Positions 14,101 through 25,997 of a stretch of DNA of 64,000 nt are shown here, piece by piece. Under the pieces are notes generated by a model. The model was not told the origin of the DNA and searched no databases. It saw only the letters and a program-made list of their open reading frames with translations. Position 1 is the first letter of the stretch. Every line of letters begins with the position of its first letter. Source of the DNA: Pristiophorus japonicus (Eukaryota); NCBI RefSeq assembly GCF_044704955.1, contig NC_091984.1, positions 204,166,001-204,230,000 of the forward strand. The letters run 5' to 3'. The position numbers and the translations under genes are program-made.

Positions 14101-17100
14101 GATTGTAAATAGTTGGGGTCCCAGCACTGATCCCTGCGGCACCCCACTAGTTCCTGGTTGCCAACCATAAAATGAACCATTTATCCTGACTCTCTGTTTT
14201 CTGTTAGTTAGCCAACCCGGTGAACTTTTATCTTGTGCAGTAACATTTTATGTGGCACCTTGTCAAATGCCTTCTGCAAGTCCAAATACACCACGTCCAC
14301 TGGTTCCTCTTTATCCACCCTGTTCGTTACATCCTCAAAGAACTCCAACTAATTTGTCGAACATGACTTCCCTTCATAAATCCATGCTGACTCTGGCTGA
14401 CCGAATTTTGCTTTTCCAAATGTCCTGCTGCTGCGTCTTTAATAATGGACTCCCAACATTTTCCCAACTACAGGCTAACTGGTCTATAGTTGCCTCCTTT
14501 TTTAAATTGGGGCGTTACATTTGCAATTTTCCAATCTGCTGGGACCTCCCCAGAATCCAGGGAATTTTGGTAAATTACAACCAATGCATCCACAATCTCT
14601 GCCGCTACTTCTCAAGACCCTAGGATGCAAGCCATCAAGTCCAGAGGATTTATCTACCTTTAGTCCCATTATCTTGCTAAGTACCACCTCCTTAGTGATT
14701 GTGATTGTGTTAAGTTCCTCCCCACCCCTATAGACCCTAGACTCTCCACTGTCAGAATATTGTTACTGTCCTCTACCGTAAAGAGTGACACAAAATATTT
14801 GTTCAGAGTTTCTGCCACCTCCATGTTCCCCATTACTAATTCCCCGGTCTCGTCCTCTAAGGGACCAACATTTACTTTCGCCACCCTTTTCCTTGTTTAT
14901 ATACCTGTAGAAACTCTTACTATCTGTTTTTATATTTTGTGCTAGTTTACTTTCATAGTCTATCTTCCCGTAACTTTTTTCAGTCGTTCTTTGCTGGCTT
15001 TTAAAAGCTTCCCAGTCTTCTGTCCTCCCACTAGTTTTGGCCATTTTGTATGCCCTTGTATTTAATTGAATACCGTTCTTTAGTTAGCCACGGATGGCTA
15101 TCTTTTCTCTTGCCTTTCCTCCTCACTGGAATATATTTTTCTTGAGAGTTGTGAAATATCTCAAATTTACACCAGTGTTCATCAACCGTTCTACACTTTA
15201 ATCTATTTTCTCAGTCCACTTTTCCCAACCCTGCCCTCATACCTTCATAGTCTCCTTTTTATTTAAGCTTAGTACGCTGGCTAGAGATCCAACTTTCTCG
15301 CCCTCCACCTGAATTTGAAATTCAATCATGCTATGATCACTCATTCTGAGGGGATCCTTTACTCGGAGATTGTTTATTAATCTTGTCTCATTACACAGGA
15401 CCAGATCTAAGATAGCCTGCCCCCTGGTTGGTTCCATTACATACTGCTCAAGGAACCCGTCCCTTACGCACTTTATGAACTCCTCCTCAAGGCTACCCTG
15501 ACCAATTTGATTTGTCCAATCAATATAGAGGTTAAAATCACCCATGATTATTGCTGTTCCCTTTTTACAAGCCCCCACTATTTCCTGGTTTATGCTTCGA
15601 CTAACAGAGTTGCTACTGTTAGATGGCCTATATACTACACCCACCAGTGACTTTTTCCCCCTTATTATTCCTTATCTCCACCCAAACTGTTTCAACACTC
15701 TTATTATTTGAGTCAATATCGTTTCTTACTATTGCAGTGATTCCATCCTTTATCAGTTGAGCTACCCCACCTCCTTTTCCTTTCTGTCTGTCCTTCCGGA
15801 TTGTCAAGTACCCCTGAATATTTAATTCCCAGTCCTGGTCACCTTGCAACCACATTTCTGTAATGGCTATCAGATCAGACCCATTTGTCTCAATTTGTGC
15901 CGTCAACTCATGTATTTTGTTACAAATGCTACGTGCATTTAGACAAAGTGCCTTTTAAGTTTTTTTTTTACCCTTTTTTTCCGATGTGTTTCCTCTCTCC
16001 TTCAAACTCACTTTATTTTTGCTTTCTGATTCCAGCTTTACTCCCCTCCCTACTGTATCTATTCTCAGTTTCCCATCCCCCTGCCAAGCTAGTTTAATCC
16101 TTCCCCAACGGCACTAACAAACCCCCCCCAGTGAGGATATTGGTCCCGGCTCTGTTGAGGTCCAACCCGTGTGGCTTGTACAGGTCCCACCTCCCCAAAA
16201 GCAGTCCCAATGCCTCAGGAAACTAAAGCCCTCCCGCCTGCACCATCTCTCCAGCCATGTATTCATCTGCTCTACCCTCCTATTTCTGTACTCACGAGCT
16301 CGTGGTTAGGGTGAGGGGCCACAGGCAGCCACTACAGTTTACCTCTCTGCCCCTGGGTTGGTGATCAATGATCAATTGACCCGCCCCCACTGGAAAATGC
16401 ATGTTTGGAAATGGGGTGAGGATAAATCAGTTTGGTTGTAAAATTACCTGCTGATACTCACTTACTGTTTATGCTTAAGTGTGAAGAATTGCAATAAGGT
16501 CGATGGCCTACATAAAATGTTACCCAGCATATATCAGGAGAGGCAGCCAATAAAATTGTTTGGGAGAGAATGCAATTTGGAGGCAGCCTTTTCTTAAATT
16601 GATTGATCTTCAAAGAAGGGCAAATGAAAGCCTATTGTGAATTTTTGATGACTGACAATACATTAAAAAATTGGCTTCTGCATTTTCCACTTAAAATTCC
16701 AACAGCATGAATTTTCATATTTTTACATTAACAATTGCACATGACAATAATTGTATTAAATAACTAACATTCATATAATCTTTCAATTGACTTTATAGCC
16801 ACGCGATCTTGCTCGTATTAGTGAAAAAAGGAAAGAGTTCATGACGATGGCTAGTGATTCACCTCATTCAGGCTCTCAACAGCGGTATCATGCAGAGAGG
16901 TTTGAAAAGTTCAAACCAGGTGTTATCAGGTAAAAACACTTAGATGGCACTATCATAGAATTATGCAGCACAGAAGGAGGCCATTCGGCCCATCGTCCCT
17001 GTGCTAACTCTTTGAAAGACCTATCCAATTAGTACCACTCCCTTGCTCTTTCCTCACAGCCCATCAGTGGCAGGATATGCCCAATGGAATTAACACAGTC

Positions 17101-20100
17101 TTCCCCTTGCTTAAGTAACAATGCTGGTGCTTGCGAAATGGCATGGCATATTCTATTTCCCCACCTCCAAGAAAATAAATAACTGTTTTTGTGTGGTAAG
17201 CTGCCTATTTTCATTACTGATTTTTGTTTGGCAAACCATCATTTACAAAATCTGTTCAACCATGAAACTGTAAATGTCCCCAGGAATGTCTTGCTGCCAG
17301 CCACAGATACTAATATTTATTGTTAACATTGAATAATGTTAATTAACTCATGGGTTTTTGTTTCACTTAATCGGTTCTTCAGTGCAGAACTTAAAGAAGC
17401 TCTGGGGATGACGGATGAAACTCTCCCACCATTTATTTATCGGATGCGTCAGTTGGGTTATCCACCAGGATGGTTGCTCGAGACTCTGCAAGAGAATTCC
17501 GGGCTTGCTTTATATGATGGAAAAGGTGAAGAATTTCAAATCTGAACTTTGTAAATATGTAGATACTAGAAGTGTATGTGGTATGTATAACACTTTTTTT
17601 AAAATAAATGTATTGGGGCATCTTTTACTTTTTTCAGTGCCATGTGGTAGTTTTGCTTTTTAAGTTAGCTTACTGGGTACTGGGGGGGAGGAACCCCACA
17701 ATACTCCGTTCAGTTAATGTCTCAGCTCATTCTGTTGTGGGATATACTGAAGTGGGGTTACCGCAATATGCCCCTTGCTTGTGCTGTTGAACATGTTAAA
17801 TGTTTTCAGGTTGTCGCATTATCAATCATTAAAATGCCATATGCGGAAACTAAATTCGGGATGGCACTGGGTAAAATTGCTGACCCTTTTTTTTCTTCCC
17901 CTTTCCCACCCCGCTACTTTTTTCTTTCCTTCTCTAACTGAGGCACTGTGTTTAACTGTAATATATTCCTATTACTGGCGTGACACGATTGATTAACTCA
18001 GCACAGACTGAGATTGAACCTGGGATCTCCGGCTGCATGGCTCCGAAATGGTGACTTTAGTACACAGCCTCTAGGAGAGCCAGAAAAAGTTTATTTTTAA
18101 TTTGTTCTTGTGATGTGAGTGACTCTGGCAAGCCTGCATTTGTTTTGCTTATCCTTAGTTTCCCTGAGAAGATAGTAGTGTCTTCGCCTTGAACCATTGT
18201 GGCCCAAGTATTGGCTTGTACTCTCGTGATTGCATTAGCTGGTGAATTTCAAGATTTTTACCCAACAACAATGGGGAAAAAAATACAGTTTTTGTCCAAG
18301 TCAGGATGATGTGTGACTTTTTTAAAAGCATTAAAAAATGTATGTTTTCACCAAAATTTAAAAGAAACTGAATATCTCATGCCTTCTGAATGAAGGTTTA
18401 GTACTCTATTCTGAAAGTTCAGTCTGCTGGCTTTTTGTCAGGACACAGTTTAACACATTTTAATAGTTGTCTTTTTTTATATATAGATTCTAGTGATGGT
18501 GAAATGGAGCATGACAAACATCATCTAAAAACTCGCCTTCCATCCTATGACACAAGTAAACTAATAGATTATGCAGGATTCAATGCTGTCATTCCAAAAG
18601 GGATTCAGGATGTAAGCATTGCACTTGGTATACTCCAATCTATGTTTCTTCCCCACCACACCCTGAGTTTCTTCTGTCCTTTTCCAAATGTGCTGGTTAA
18701 TGCTGGACTTAATTTTTTCCAGGCATTGGCCAACCATTTGGTACCTTTTCAGCCTAGATGGTGCGTGCTACCAAGCAGTTTGATCATGGAACATTACAAT
18801 CTTGTCATTAGCTCAATTGTCCAATAGGAGTCACTGAAGTTATTAGAAGCAGAATCCTGGTTTGCAGTTTTTTCCTCTTGGCTTCAGGGCTAATTGTGTT
18901 CCTAGCGGAGAGCAGCTAGCCCAGCACAAACCAGGAATCAAAACTCCCATCCTCCTGGTCCTTATGGCCGAATACAACATTAGGTGGTGCATTGATCAAC
19001 TGAGTTATCACAGGATTCTTCAATCAATGTTCAAGCAGTATCTGCCTTCTCCAACACTTTATTAGCATTCAGCAAATGTTTACTATTATCCTTTTTGTCC
19101 ACCCAGTGCCCCATTCTCTTCTCTTGTTTTTAGGATTTGTAAACTTATACCAAGAACAATTTTGGATCTTCAACCAATTGAATGCTTCTGTGAATCAGAT
19201 GTTCTGAAAGTGGTCTAGATTCAATTCCCCTACAAAATAACAGTGCTGTCATGGTTTTCTCAGTATCCGCGCTTACCTGGAATCTTGTTATATAGTTTGC
19301 AGTATTTAAATTCAAACCTTATTCCACAACATTAAAAAAATGAAACAAACCTTTTGCTATTTGACCACTAGTGAGAGGCAGTTTTAGCTGGGGAGGTTCT
19401 AGTCTAATTAACTGTTTCTTTTTATTGCTTCAGGGTAAAAAGTTTATTTAAAACACTTTTTGTAGAAAAAGTTTGTAATGAAATTCAGCAGTTATGGTTG
19501 CTCTACTCATAGTGGTTATTTTGCTTCAATACACTTGTCTGTGAAACTTTTGCTGCTGTAATCACTATACTAAGTTGCAACATGGACGATTTTATCTCTG
19601 GTCTGTTTGCTGATTTTATTTATGAGTGCCATAAGTTTTTACTAACTTAATTATTTTGATATTTTATGTTGCCACTAGGAATGGAGGCTGTATGCTTCAA
19701 TTCCGATGCAATCCCATCAACTGAAGGAACACTTTGCACATCAATTGAATGCTAATGATTGCACAGTAAGTTTTAACATTTCACCTTTCGTCTCTTGCAT
19801 TTTCTTTTTGTGTTGATTCGAATTTCTGGTTCAGTCTTTTTTTTTAAATTTGCAACTGGTAATTGCAAATTCACACGAGTAGTAGGTAAATGGCTAAAAT
19901 TAACTAACTCGCCGTGAAACGGATCAAAACTACAGTCTGATCAACGTGGTTCAGTGCCGCACTAGGTTCACATCTAGCCACTGAACCATCAGAACACCAT
20001 CAAAAATTTTCATCCTTGTTTTCGTATTCCTCCATAGCCTCACCCTCCCTATCTATGTAATCTCCTCCAGCCCCACAAGCCTCCGAGATATCTGCGCTCC

Positions 20101-23100
20101 TCTAATTCTGGCCTCTTGATCGCCAATTTTAATCGCTCCACCATTGGCAGCCATGCCTTCAGCTGCCAAAGCTCTGGAATTCTTTCCCTAAACCTCAGCC
20201 TCTCCTTTTAAGATTCTCCTTAGAACTACCTCTCATCTGCCCTAATATCTCGTTATGTGGCTTGGTGTCAAATCTCTTTGATAACTCGCTTGTGAAGAAC
20301 TTTGGGACGTTTTACTACTTTAAAGGGGCTATATAAATACAAGTTGTTGCTGCTGCACAGGTTTGCTGCATCTAGTGGAAAGGCATTGAGCAGAGGCCAG
20401 CTACCACCCAACACTTATGTCCTGCCAGGCAGCTGTTGCACAATTCCTAATGAAGTGTACAAGGTTTCTAAGAGCAGGTTTCCTACGGTGCGCTGCCTTG
20501 ACCTGGATTGATCAAGAGAATTTTGTGCAACTTCAAATTTTTCTGAAATCGATGTCACAATTGCACACCATTTGACATTTGTTCATGAGAGGGCAATAAT
20601 ATTTGTTAAAACTGCTGTCATTGTAATTCACTGAATTATTTCAATAAGCAATTTTAAATGTATTTGTAAATGACCTGCTGGAGTGAATTGGGTATAGATT
20701 GTATCTCACAGAATTTTATAAGTTCAGCCTATCACACCTGTGCTAGCATGCTGTAAGAGCTACCCACTTAATCTCAAAAGCAAAATACTGCGGATGCTGG
20801 AATCTGGAATAAAAACAGAAAATGCTAACTCTGCTTCCTCTCCAGAGATGCTGCCTGACCTGAGATTTCCAGCATTTTCTGTGTTTTAACCCACTTAATC
20901 TCATTGAACAGAGTTCCCATTATTGATCACTATCCACAACCTTTATTGGAAAGTGCATATGTATTGACATCCGGTGAAAAAATTGAACTCCGATGACAAT
21001 GCTCCATAATCAAATAGTCGTCATCATCATCATAGGCGGTCCCTCGAAACGAGGATGACTTGCTTCCACGCCAAAAAAAGGACAAGTTCACAGGTGTTTC
21101 AATGAAAAACCCGACCTACATCCTGAAAGGTGGAAGATGCTTGTGCATGCATTTTTTTAATGTGGGGTGGCTGTTGCACATGGGCTTGACACAGCTAGGT
21201 CTTTGTCCAGTGGCAAGGATTACCCAAGACAGCTGGAGACCAGCTCTGCTGCACAGACCTAGTGCGCACACTTAACACAATGTGGGCTGGTGTGTGCTGC
21301 CCCTGGCCCAGAACTTGCGCCTCCCCGGGCCCCGACCTACGAGAGACCATCAGTGGCAGGTCGGGGCCATAAAAGGAGCGGCGAGTGGCGGCCAAGAGCA
21401 GCGTGGAGGCATGCCACTACATGGTGCAGCGCGAGCCAGTGCAGGAGGGTAACGATTGTGAAGAGTGACATCACCAAGGTCCAGGTCAGTGATTGGAATG
21501 TGGGCAGATACAGCAGGAGCAGCGAGGACGGGGCGAAGGAGCGGCGAGAGACTGGAGGGAATCAAATAGTCTACCAATGCTCACTGTCTGGCCTCGTACA
21601 TGAGGAATGGCCATTTTGGGTGGGGTACCCAAGCACTGTACCTTAACATGAGACAGTACTAATGAGATAAAAACATTGTGAAGCAGAGCAATTTTAATAC
21701 TACTGCTGCTTTTTAACCATTAATGTAAAGTAGAAGCACTAATTTTATGTAACTGACCTAACTTAATAGCAATTCTTATTTCTTCCTAGACTAAAAACAG
21801 TTCAAACAAAAGGGGTTCGGATACTGACTCAAGTCTTCGCAGTGTAAAGAAGCGCAAGTCTGAAGAAATCGATACAAATGTGTATGCTTTTGATATGGAC
21901 ATAGATTCAGGTACAGCAATTAAATATGTTCATGTCTCATCTAACATGTTGCTTACCAAAAAATAGCACAAAATGGGAATTCCCTTCTAAGACTATATGG
22001 TGTTGTTTAAAGCCTTGGATCCTATGGTTTAAGAGGGCTTCTATACAAATACGGAGTATAGAGATACACTAGATTTTTTCCTCCTTTAGCATATGCTATT
22101 CCCGTGAAGAGGGTGGACCATCTTTCTGTCAGTTCTATTCTGAAAACTGCATCCATATGAGACAACTGTAAATTACACTGCAGGCTCTGCTTTTTCATCC
22201 TGTTCTATGCTAATGTTAGAAAGACTTTGTTGTGATTGTAAATATCCTGGTCTTAACTGGCCTTTATGCAGCACAGTAGTTGATTATAAGATTGCTGGAT
22301 AAACCAAATTTACTTAAGAAGCAAGATTATCCTGAAATATTGAGACTCCTAACGTGGCTCAGTTTTGCTGCCGTTTAGTACCTCTACTTTATTTCTCCTG
22401 CAGGTTCAGAAACACCACCAAGACCATTCCCACTTGTGCCACCCATACCTCCTGGTTGCCCATTAACTTCATCTCCCCCTCCTTTACCCAAGGGAACACC
22501 CCCTTCTACACCACCTACGTTTGTCCCACCTGCACCACCTACTCCAACACGCCCCCCACTTCCAAAAGATACTCCTCCTTCTACTCCAAATTGCTCTCCA
22601 GCAGGACATTCATTGCAAGAAGGAAATGCCCAAGCTGTAACTGCTGAGATTGTAGATGCAGATGTCTTGTCGTTGGAAGAATTGGAAGAACAACAGCGGT
22701 TGATCTGGGCTGCATTGGAGCAGACTGAAAGTACTAACAGCGAGACAGATGGTCCTTGTGATTCTCCTGTAACCAAGATTTCTGCAAATTCCTCACCAGC
22801 AATAAATCCACCTGACAACTGCATGGAAATTGAATCTAATGACAAAATGGGGACACTAATAATGGGGACACTGGAAAATAATATGGGGAGTCCAAGTGCT
22901 GAAGCATCTTCAGTTGATTCTAGAGATGAACAAATCAGTTTGGTGGGACACACTTCGAACACTGGCGAGAACACTGAACCTGAGAACTCCGGAATGGAAA
23001 TAGAGGGCAGTAGAACGATTCAAGATTCTACAACACCTGAAGCATCTATTGGAGGAAACCAAGTATGTTTGGAGAAAACAGATGGGTCTATCACCAGTGC

Positions 23101-23275
23101 TGCTGTCTCAGAAGCACAACAGGAGAATAGGATCTCTTCTGTGCCTGATATGAGTAAATTTGCTACTGGAATCACACCTTTCGAATATGACAATCTTTCC
23201 AAGGCAACCGGAACTTACCTCAAACTCAGGAGCTTATTGAAGAATTCTCCAAGAAACAAAATGAAAAAGAAATAA
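1721..23275 (+). CDS. ZCCHC8: Zinc finger CCHC domain-containing protein 8 (NEXT complex scaffold), whole gene: 14 coding exons, 2184 nt CDS, 727 aa
   Basis: join(1721..1895,3524..3566,3962..4036,4144..4249,4334..4411,11057..11160,12139..12201,12313..12373,16799..16929,17383..17525,18487..18611,19679..19765,21790..21910,22404..23275) reads in one frame with matching phases. It gives MAAE..FGD..LFE, QILFMNN, FTNFCLDKLGQPLLNENPQL, the zinc knuckle CFNCGSTEHQLKDC, the PSP motif PPFIYRMRQLGYPPGW and the C-terminal PDMSKFATGITPFE..LKNSPRN. All match vertebrate ZCCHC8 as I recall it. Confidence 0.97.
1896..3523 (+). other. U12-type AT-AC intron (ZCCHC8 intron 1)
   Basis: 5' ATATCCTT, branch TTCCTTAAC at 3504-3512, terminal AC at 3522-3523; this join restores the conserved AENQEL. 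Confidence 0.93.
3524..3566 (+). CDS. ZCCHC8: ZCCHC8 exon 2
   Basis: Follows the branch site TTCCTTAAC and an AC acceptor; (N)QELRRKLNLLTQP(S); donor GTAACA. Confidence 0.92.
3962..4036 (+). CDS. ZCCHC8: ZCCHC8 exon 3
   Basis: CAG acceptor; KIVVSDSKTDGPMVQILFMNNNIS; donor GTAAGT. Confidence 0.94.
4144..4249 (+). CDS. ZCCHC8: ZCCHC8 exon 4
   Basis: QFHQEIEDFI...EKTSFNVKPQ; AG/GT bounded. Confidence 0.94.
4334..4411 (+). CDS. ZCCHC8: ZCCHC8 exon 5
   Basis: PSSVLLEEHL...IKDAFH; AG acceptor, GTAAGT donor. Confidence 0.93.
4455..4780 (+). mobile_element. Degenerate tRNA-derived SINE (family unassigned)
   Basis: B-box-like GTTTGATCCC head; related pieces near 16310-16550, 17990-18080, 18900-19010, 19905-19990, 31820-31990 and 56745-56940. 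Confidence 0.5.
5504..8724 (-). mobile_element. CR1 LINE (ORF1 3' part plus frameshifted EN-RT ORF2) in ZCCHC8 intron 5
   Basis: Minus-strand ORFs with GITETW, GVVYRPP, DHNMV, YLDFQKAFDKV, KFADDTK; CR1 tail at 5504. Confidence 0.96.
11057..11160 (+). CDS. ZCCHC8: ZCCHC8 exon 6
   Basis: VVGSVQYFTNFCLDKLGQPLLNENPQLTDGWEIP(K); donor GTATCCTG (U12-like). Confidence 0.95.
11161..12138 (+). other. Probable U12-type GT-AG intron (ZCCHC8 intron 6)
   Basis: 5' GTATCCTG; branch-like TTCCTGAAT at 12119-12127, 11 nt before the exon; no polypyrimidine tract. Confidence 0.7.
12139..12201 (+). CDS. ZCCHC8: ZCCHC8 exon 7
   Basis: YQQVFTQVVSLDGQVEMKAK(R); AAG acceptor without a pyrimidine tract; donor GTATGT. 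Confidence 0.92.
12313..12373 (+). CDS. ZCCHC8: ZCCHC8 exon 8 (CCHC zinc knuckle)
   Basis: PKPCCFNCGSTEHQLKDCPK fits C-X2-C-X4-H-X4-C. Confidence 0.96.
12596..12970 (+). mobile_element. DeuSINE (SacSINE1-like)
   Basis: tRNA head (GGCTCAGTGG...GGTTCAAGCCC), Deu-like core TGTCAGAGGTACTGTCTTTTGGATGAGATGTTAAAC, L2-like tail GGTGCTATATAA. Confidence 0.75.
13131..16305 (-). mobile_element. CR1 LINE, second subfamily, decayed, in ZCCHC8 intron 8
   Basis: EN (AITEMW, IMGDFN, SDHSM) and RT (PQGSVLGP, KFADDTK) fragments; (CATAAGAA)n tail. Confidence 0.95.
16799..16929 (+). CDS. ZCCHC8: ZCCHC8 exon 9
   Basis: PRDLARISEKRKEFM...QQRYHAERFEKFKPGVI(S). Confidence 0.95.
16950..17065 (-). mobile_element. 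Short CR1 3'-end fragment
   Basis: ATCATAGAA...GGAGGCCATTCGGCCCATC tail motif. Confidence 0.65.
17383..17525 (+). CDS. ZCCHC8: ZCCHC8 exon 10 (PSP domain)
   Basis: AELKEALGMTDETLPPFIYRMRQLGYPPGWL...ENSGLALYDGK. Confidence 0.96.
18090..18320 (-). mobile_element. Old CR1/L2-group LINE 3' end
   Basis: The reverse complement resembles the SINE tail at 34530-34585. Confidence 0.45.
18487..18611 (+). CDS. ZCCHC8: ZCCHC8 exon 11
   Basis: (D)SSDGEM...YDTSKLIDYAGFNAVIPKGIQD; donor GTAAGC. Confidence 0.92.
19679..19765 (+). CDS. ZCCHC8: ZCCHC8 exon 12
   Basis: EWRLYASIPMQSHQLKEHFAHQLNANDCT; donor GTAAGT. Confidence 0.93.
20003..20352 (+). mobile_element. L2-clade LINE 3' end
   Basis: Matches 37005-37395; tail GCTATATAAATACAAG(TTG)n. 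Confidence 0.8.
20777..20888. mobile_element. 112-bp fold-back insert (Penelope-like terminal repeat)
   Basis: 15-bp TSD ACCCACTTAATCTCA (20762-20776, 20889-20903); the second half is an inverted copy of the same repeat family. Confidence 0.7.
21020..21559 (-). mobile_element. Non-autonomous RTE-tailed retroelement with a 5' inversion
   Basis: (CAT)n tail shared with the RTE at 62439; 12-bp TSD AATCAAATAGTC; 21336-21559 is inverted relative to the copy at 63576-64000. Confidence 0.85.
21790..21910 (+). CDS. ZCCHC8: ZCCHC8 exon 13
   Basis: TKNSSNKRGS...KKRKS...DMDIDS; phases match the neighbouring exons; NLS-like KKRK. Confidence 0.88.
22404..23275 (+). CDS. ZCCHC8: ZCCHC8 exon 14 (last coding exon)
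   Basis: Pro-rich PPLPKGTPP, LSLEELEEQQRLIWAALEQ, PDMSKFATGITPFE, stop TAA; overlaps ORF 22436..23275. Confidence 0.96.
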
Positions 23276-24244
23276 ATGTCAAAAAAAGTACTGAAACTTT
23301 CAGATCCAAGGCTTCCAAGTCATGATATGACCATGTACGATATTGGAGCTTTTTTCATTAAGACCTCCATTTCAACAATTTGTGGCGGAGCTGGTGTTTT
23401 AGTAAACACATCAAAAAATGTGGAGTCAGTGCTATTTTAATATGTAGGGTTGGTAATGCGTGAAAACTTGTCTGGTGTTACAGAAAGAAGCTTTTCTTGT
23501 GTAATATTCATTTTCAAAGAGGCACTGTTGAAATTTGTCTTTAAGGCATGGTCTCAATTTTTCCGACATGGATTTAAGTGTACAGTGGGTTTTTAGTCAT
23601 TTCTTGTACATCAAAAAAATTTTGTTTATATAACAATACATGTTTGTTTTTGATATTACCAATGTAATTTTATATAATATACTGCCAGGGATTTTAATGT
23701 ACAGTATTTTAAATTCTAATAACTGATCATTGAAATTGTCAGGGATTACCAGGGCTGTTTTCAGGTATTTTATGAATATCCACATATGCTTTAGTTTTTT
23801 AAAGCTGCTTCTACCTTTGTAACGCCATTCTTTGCCAGAAGTATACAGCCTTGGACTACGGGAATATGATGAACAATTCCAAGACATGTTTTAGTATTTT
23901 GTGACTGCATTAAATGGCATAGAAATTTGCAGGAAATACTGTTGTGATCTTGGTTGGTTTTATTTATCAGTGAAAAAGGATTGACTTCCATATATTTCAC
24001 TGTTGCCCAACTACCCACCCAGTAGGTTATCTTCTGGTACAAACTTTGGGGCGTCTGTAGTCTAGCTTTGGAATTTTTTTAGTCAAATGACATCCTTTAA
24101 CCTGTACACTTATCAGTTGTCATTTTCTCATACTAATATTTTAGCTGTTTAGTTTACAACTTCGAGAGTTCAGCACAGTTGTGTGCAGTGTCAGATTATG
24201 CATGTACTTTTTGCATCCAACCTCTTAATTTGTCTGGAGCTGAA

Positions 24245-25112
24245 GTGTCAGCTGTGACTCGGTAAGTCAGACTGTTGTGGGTTCAAGTCCCACTCTAGGG
24301 ATTTGAGCGCACAAATCTAGGCTGACAATCCAGTGCAGTACTGAGGGAATGCTGCACTGTGCACTGTCAGTGGTGCTGTCTTTCGGATGAAACATTAAAC
24401 AGAAGTCCTATCTGCTATCATGTGGACGTAAAATATCCCAAGACACTGTTAAGAAGAGGAGCAGGGGAGTTGCATACAAAAAATGACGGACAGGTAAAGA
24501 TCATCTGGTCCATCAAGCCTGTCCCCCACAATTGCGATACCTTGTGTATCACAACATATGCACTGCATCCGAAACCATGTGATCTCCTGGGAGAGGCAAT
24601 TTTTAAAAACCCAGGCCAATTTGAGGGAAAAAATCTGGGAAATTCCTCTCTGACCCATCTAAGCGATTGAAACTAGTCCAAGAGATTACTCTGCCCATTA
24701 AATTCCCTGCAGTTACCTACCTTCTGTAAGGGTTAATCTCCACCACAGCCAGAAACAAATCCAGCTTTTGGTTGAAGGCATTCAGTGAGTCTGGATCCAC
24801 CACATGAAATGGCAGCTTGTTCCAGAGGTCTACTATTCTCAGAAAAGAACCACCTCCTGACATCTAACCTAGATCTAGCCTTATACAACTTAAATATCCT
24901 CGGTGTTCTGGTCAATATTTATCCCTCAATCAACATAACCGAAACAGATTATCTGGTCATTGCTGTTTGTGGGAGCTAGCTGTGAGCAAATTGGCTGCCG
25001 AGTTTCCCACATTGCAACAGTGACTACACTTCAAAAAGTGCTTCATTGGCTGTAAGGTGCTTTAAGATCCCCGGTGGTCATGAAAGGGGTTATATAAATG
25101 TAAGTCTTTCTT
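24245..25112 (+). mobile_element. DeuSINE split by an antisense CR1 3' fragment (about 24473-24893)
   Basis: GGTTCAAGTCCC B box; Deu core GGTGCTGTCTTTCGGATGAAACATTAAAC; the SINE resumes near 24895; the inner piece encodes FKLYKARSRLDVRRWFFS. Confidence 0.8.
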
Positions 25113-25997
25113 TAAAATGGTTATCAAATCGTATGACACCATTTCATTTTTAAAAATTGTTACTTTTTTTTAAACCCAACGGTAGGCTTTTATGAGCTAC
25201 AGCATGGTGGAAAGATTTTCACCATTCTACATTTTTCTATGTCACCTTGTAGGAAATGTCAAAACTGATTTACGTGTTTAAATTACCCACTTGATTTGTG
25301 TCTTTAGTCACGTCACAAGAAGGTGTCTATTTTCATGTGGTGATGTCCATTTTCAGAAATAATGTGAAAAGTGAAATGGAATAAGCACATCATGTTGATC
25401 ATCTGAGCTGAATACTGGAAAAGACAGTAAACACATAGCTAATGCAGACATAACTGAACCTCTGCTATTTTGCCATCTCTAGTAGTTCCTAACCCCAACA
25501 AGTCCATAGTTATTTTGAATTTAGTTATTTGGAAAGCGAAGGAACAGCGTACCTATTGTTGACTGAAGAATTGAGGAACATTGGAACAATAAATGGTGAT
25601 AATAGATATCCATACATATGACCCTACACATGAGCAATTAGCTAATCTTTCTGCAAAACGTTACTTCCTGAAGTCATGTTTTTGTCACTTTTATACCAAT
25701 TTATTCCTATTATAAACTCCTATGTCCACATGGATACTAGAATCTGCCTATCTTAACACATACTGTAATTACACCCTCTTCTCAATAATGACACTAGCAC
25801 CTCTGATTTGTGGTTTGGGTCCCATTTTCCCAGTTCTTTAGTCTTTACTGCAGAGGAACTCTTATTTTCCAACTAACTACTCTGCAATATATGAATTGTG
25901 TGTGTGCGCCTGGGTCCGGTTTTCCTCTGCATCCTCTAACTTCGCTTCTGAAGACTGCACCTTGTCTTGGTTCCATTCTGTGCAAAGCCACAGTTGT

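Noticed and set aside
22384-22974. 196-aa minus-strand ORF
   Set aside because: It is the antisense shadow of the Pro/Ser-rich ZCCHC8 exon 14.
23271-23276. AATAAA as the ZCCHC8 polyA signal
   Set aside because: It overlaps the stop codon; the true 3' end cannot be fixed from sequence alone.
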